This document shows, in pieces, positions 62,995 to 64,000 of a DNA stretch of 64,000 nt. Origin of the DNA: Macrostomum lignano (lineage: Eukaryota); the NCBI GenBank assembly GCA_002269645.1, contig NIVC01001094.1, positions 19,868-83,867 of the forward strand. The letters run 5' to 3'. A program made the translations under genes and the position numbers. Positions within the stretch are counted from its first letter, which is position 1, and every line of letters starts with the position of its first letter. Under the pieces are notes generated by a model. The model was not told the DNA's origin and did no database searches. It saw nothing but the letters and a program-made list of their open reading frames with translations.

Positions 62995-64000
62995 GATCGG
63001 ACAGTACCATACAGGAGTGACAGCAGTCCCAATGAGTGACAGATCGGAGTGACAGCAGACCCAATGAGTGACAGATCGGACAGCACCATACAGGAGTGAC
63101 AGCAGTCCCAATGAGTGACAGATCGGACAGCACCATACAGGAGTGACAGCAGACCCAATGAGTGACAGATCGGACAGCACCATACAGCAGTGACAGCAGT
63201 CCCAATGAGTGACAGATCGGACAGCACCATACAGGAGTGACAGCAGTCCCAATGAGTGACAGATCGGACAGCACCATACAGGAGTGACAGCAGTCCCAAT
63301 GAGTGACGGATCGGACAGCACCATACAGGAGGACAGCAGTCCCAATGAGTGACACAGATCGGACAGCACCATACAGGAGTGACAGCAGTCCCAATGAGTG
63401 ACGGATCGGACAGCACATACAGGAGGGACAGCAGTCCCAAGAGTGACAGATCGGACAGCACCATACAGGAGTGACAGCAGACCCAATGAGTGACAGATCG
63501 GACAGCACCATACAGGAGTGACAGCAGACCCAATGAGTGACGGATCGGACAGCACCATACAGGAGTGACAACAGTCCAAGAGTGACAGATCGGACAGCAC
63601 CATACAGGAGTGACAGCAGTCCCAAGAGTGACAGATCGGACAGCACCATACAGGAGGGACAGCAGTCCCAATGAGTGACGGATCGGACAGCACCATACAG
63701 GAGTGACAGCAGTCCAATGAGTGACAGATCGGACAGCACCATACAGGAGTGACAGCAGTCCCAATGAGTGACGGATCGGACAGCACCATACAGGAGGGAC
63801 AGCAGTCCCAATGAGTGACGGATCGGACAGCACCAACAGGAGTGACAGCAGACCCAATGAGTGACAGATCGACAGTACCATACAGGAGTGACAGCAGTCC
63901 CAATGAGTGACGGATCGGACAGCATCATACAGAGGCAGCAGTCCCAATGAGTGACAGGATCGGACAGCACCATACAGGAGTGACAGCAGTCCCAATGAGT
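62995..64000. repeat. Minisatellite, 47-bp unit (GACAGATCGGACAGCACCATACAGGAGTGACAGCAGTCCCAATGAGT), runs off the window end
   Basis: About 21 units with scattered 1-nt indels. Confidence 0.95.

Noticed and set aside
62811-63995. Cys-rich repeat ORFs
   Set aside because: Antisense frames of the 47-bp array.

Overview
Eukaryotic (metazoan) genomic DNA with GC-rich exons, many 55-100 nt introns and extreme minisatellite content. This is most consistent with a free-living flatworm such as Macrostomum (inference from composition and architecture only). Protein genes reconstructed by hand from splice sites and family motifs: the 3' part of a RasGRP (+), a CEP170-like FHA protein (+), a stand-alone MOCS1A/MoaA (+), two tandem CNBP/GIS2-like zinc-knuckle RGG genes (+), an NPY/PrRP-type GPCR (-), an intronless KLF (-), a DENND11/LCHN homologue (+), the last two exons of an SLC38A7-like transporter (-, one frameshift), and a DEG/ENaC channel with at least six frameshifts (+). 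About 20% of the window is 18 mutually unrelated tandem arrays (4-49 bp units), mostly sitting just inside introns; most long ORFs in the supplied track are translations of these arrays. The AT-rich 17-33 kb zone has no such arrays and instead carries nested MITEs and perfect hairpins. Two tRNA-derived SINE families are present. The most unusual observations are: a ~870 bp (GTAA)n array of splice-donor consensus inside a CEP170 intron; a candidate recursive AG|GT site in the GPCR intron; twin CNBP genes identical only between start and stop codons; a SINE body hairpin with a compensatory base-pair change; and two GC-AG introns in one gene. No CRISPR, rRNA or convincing tRNA gene was found. Coordinates were counted by hand and repeat edges are approximate.
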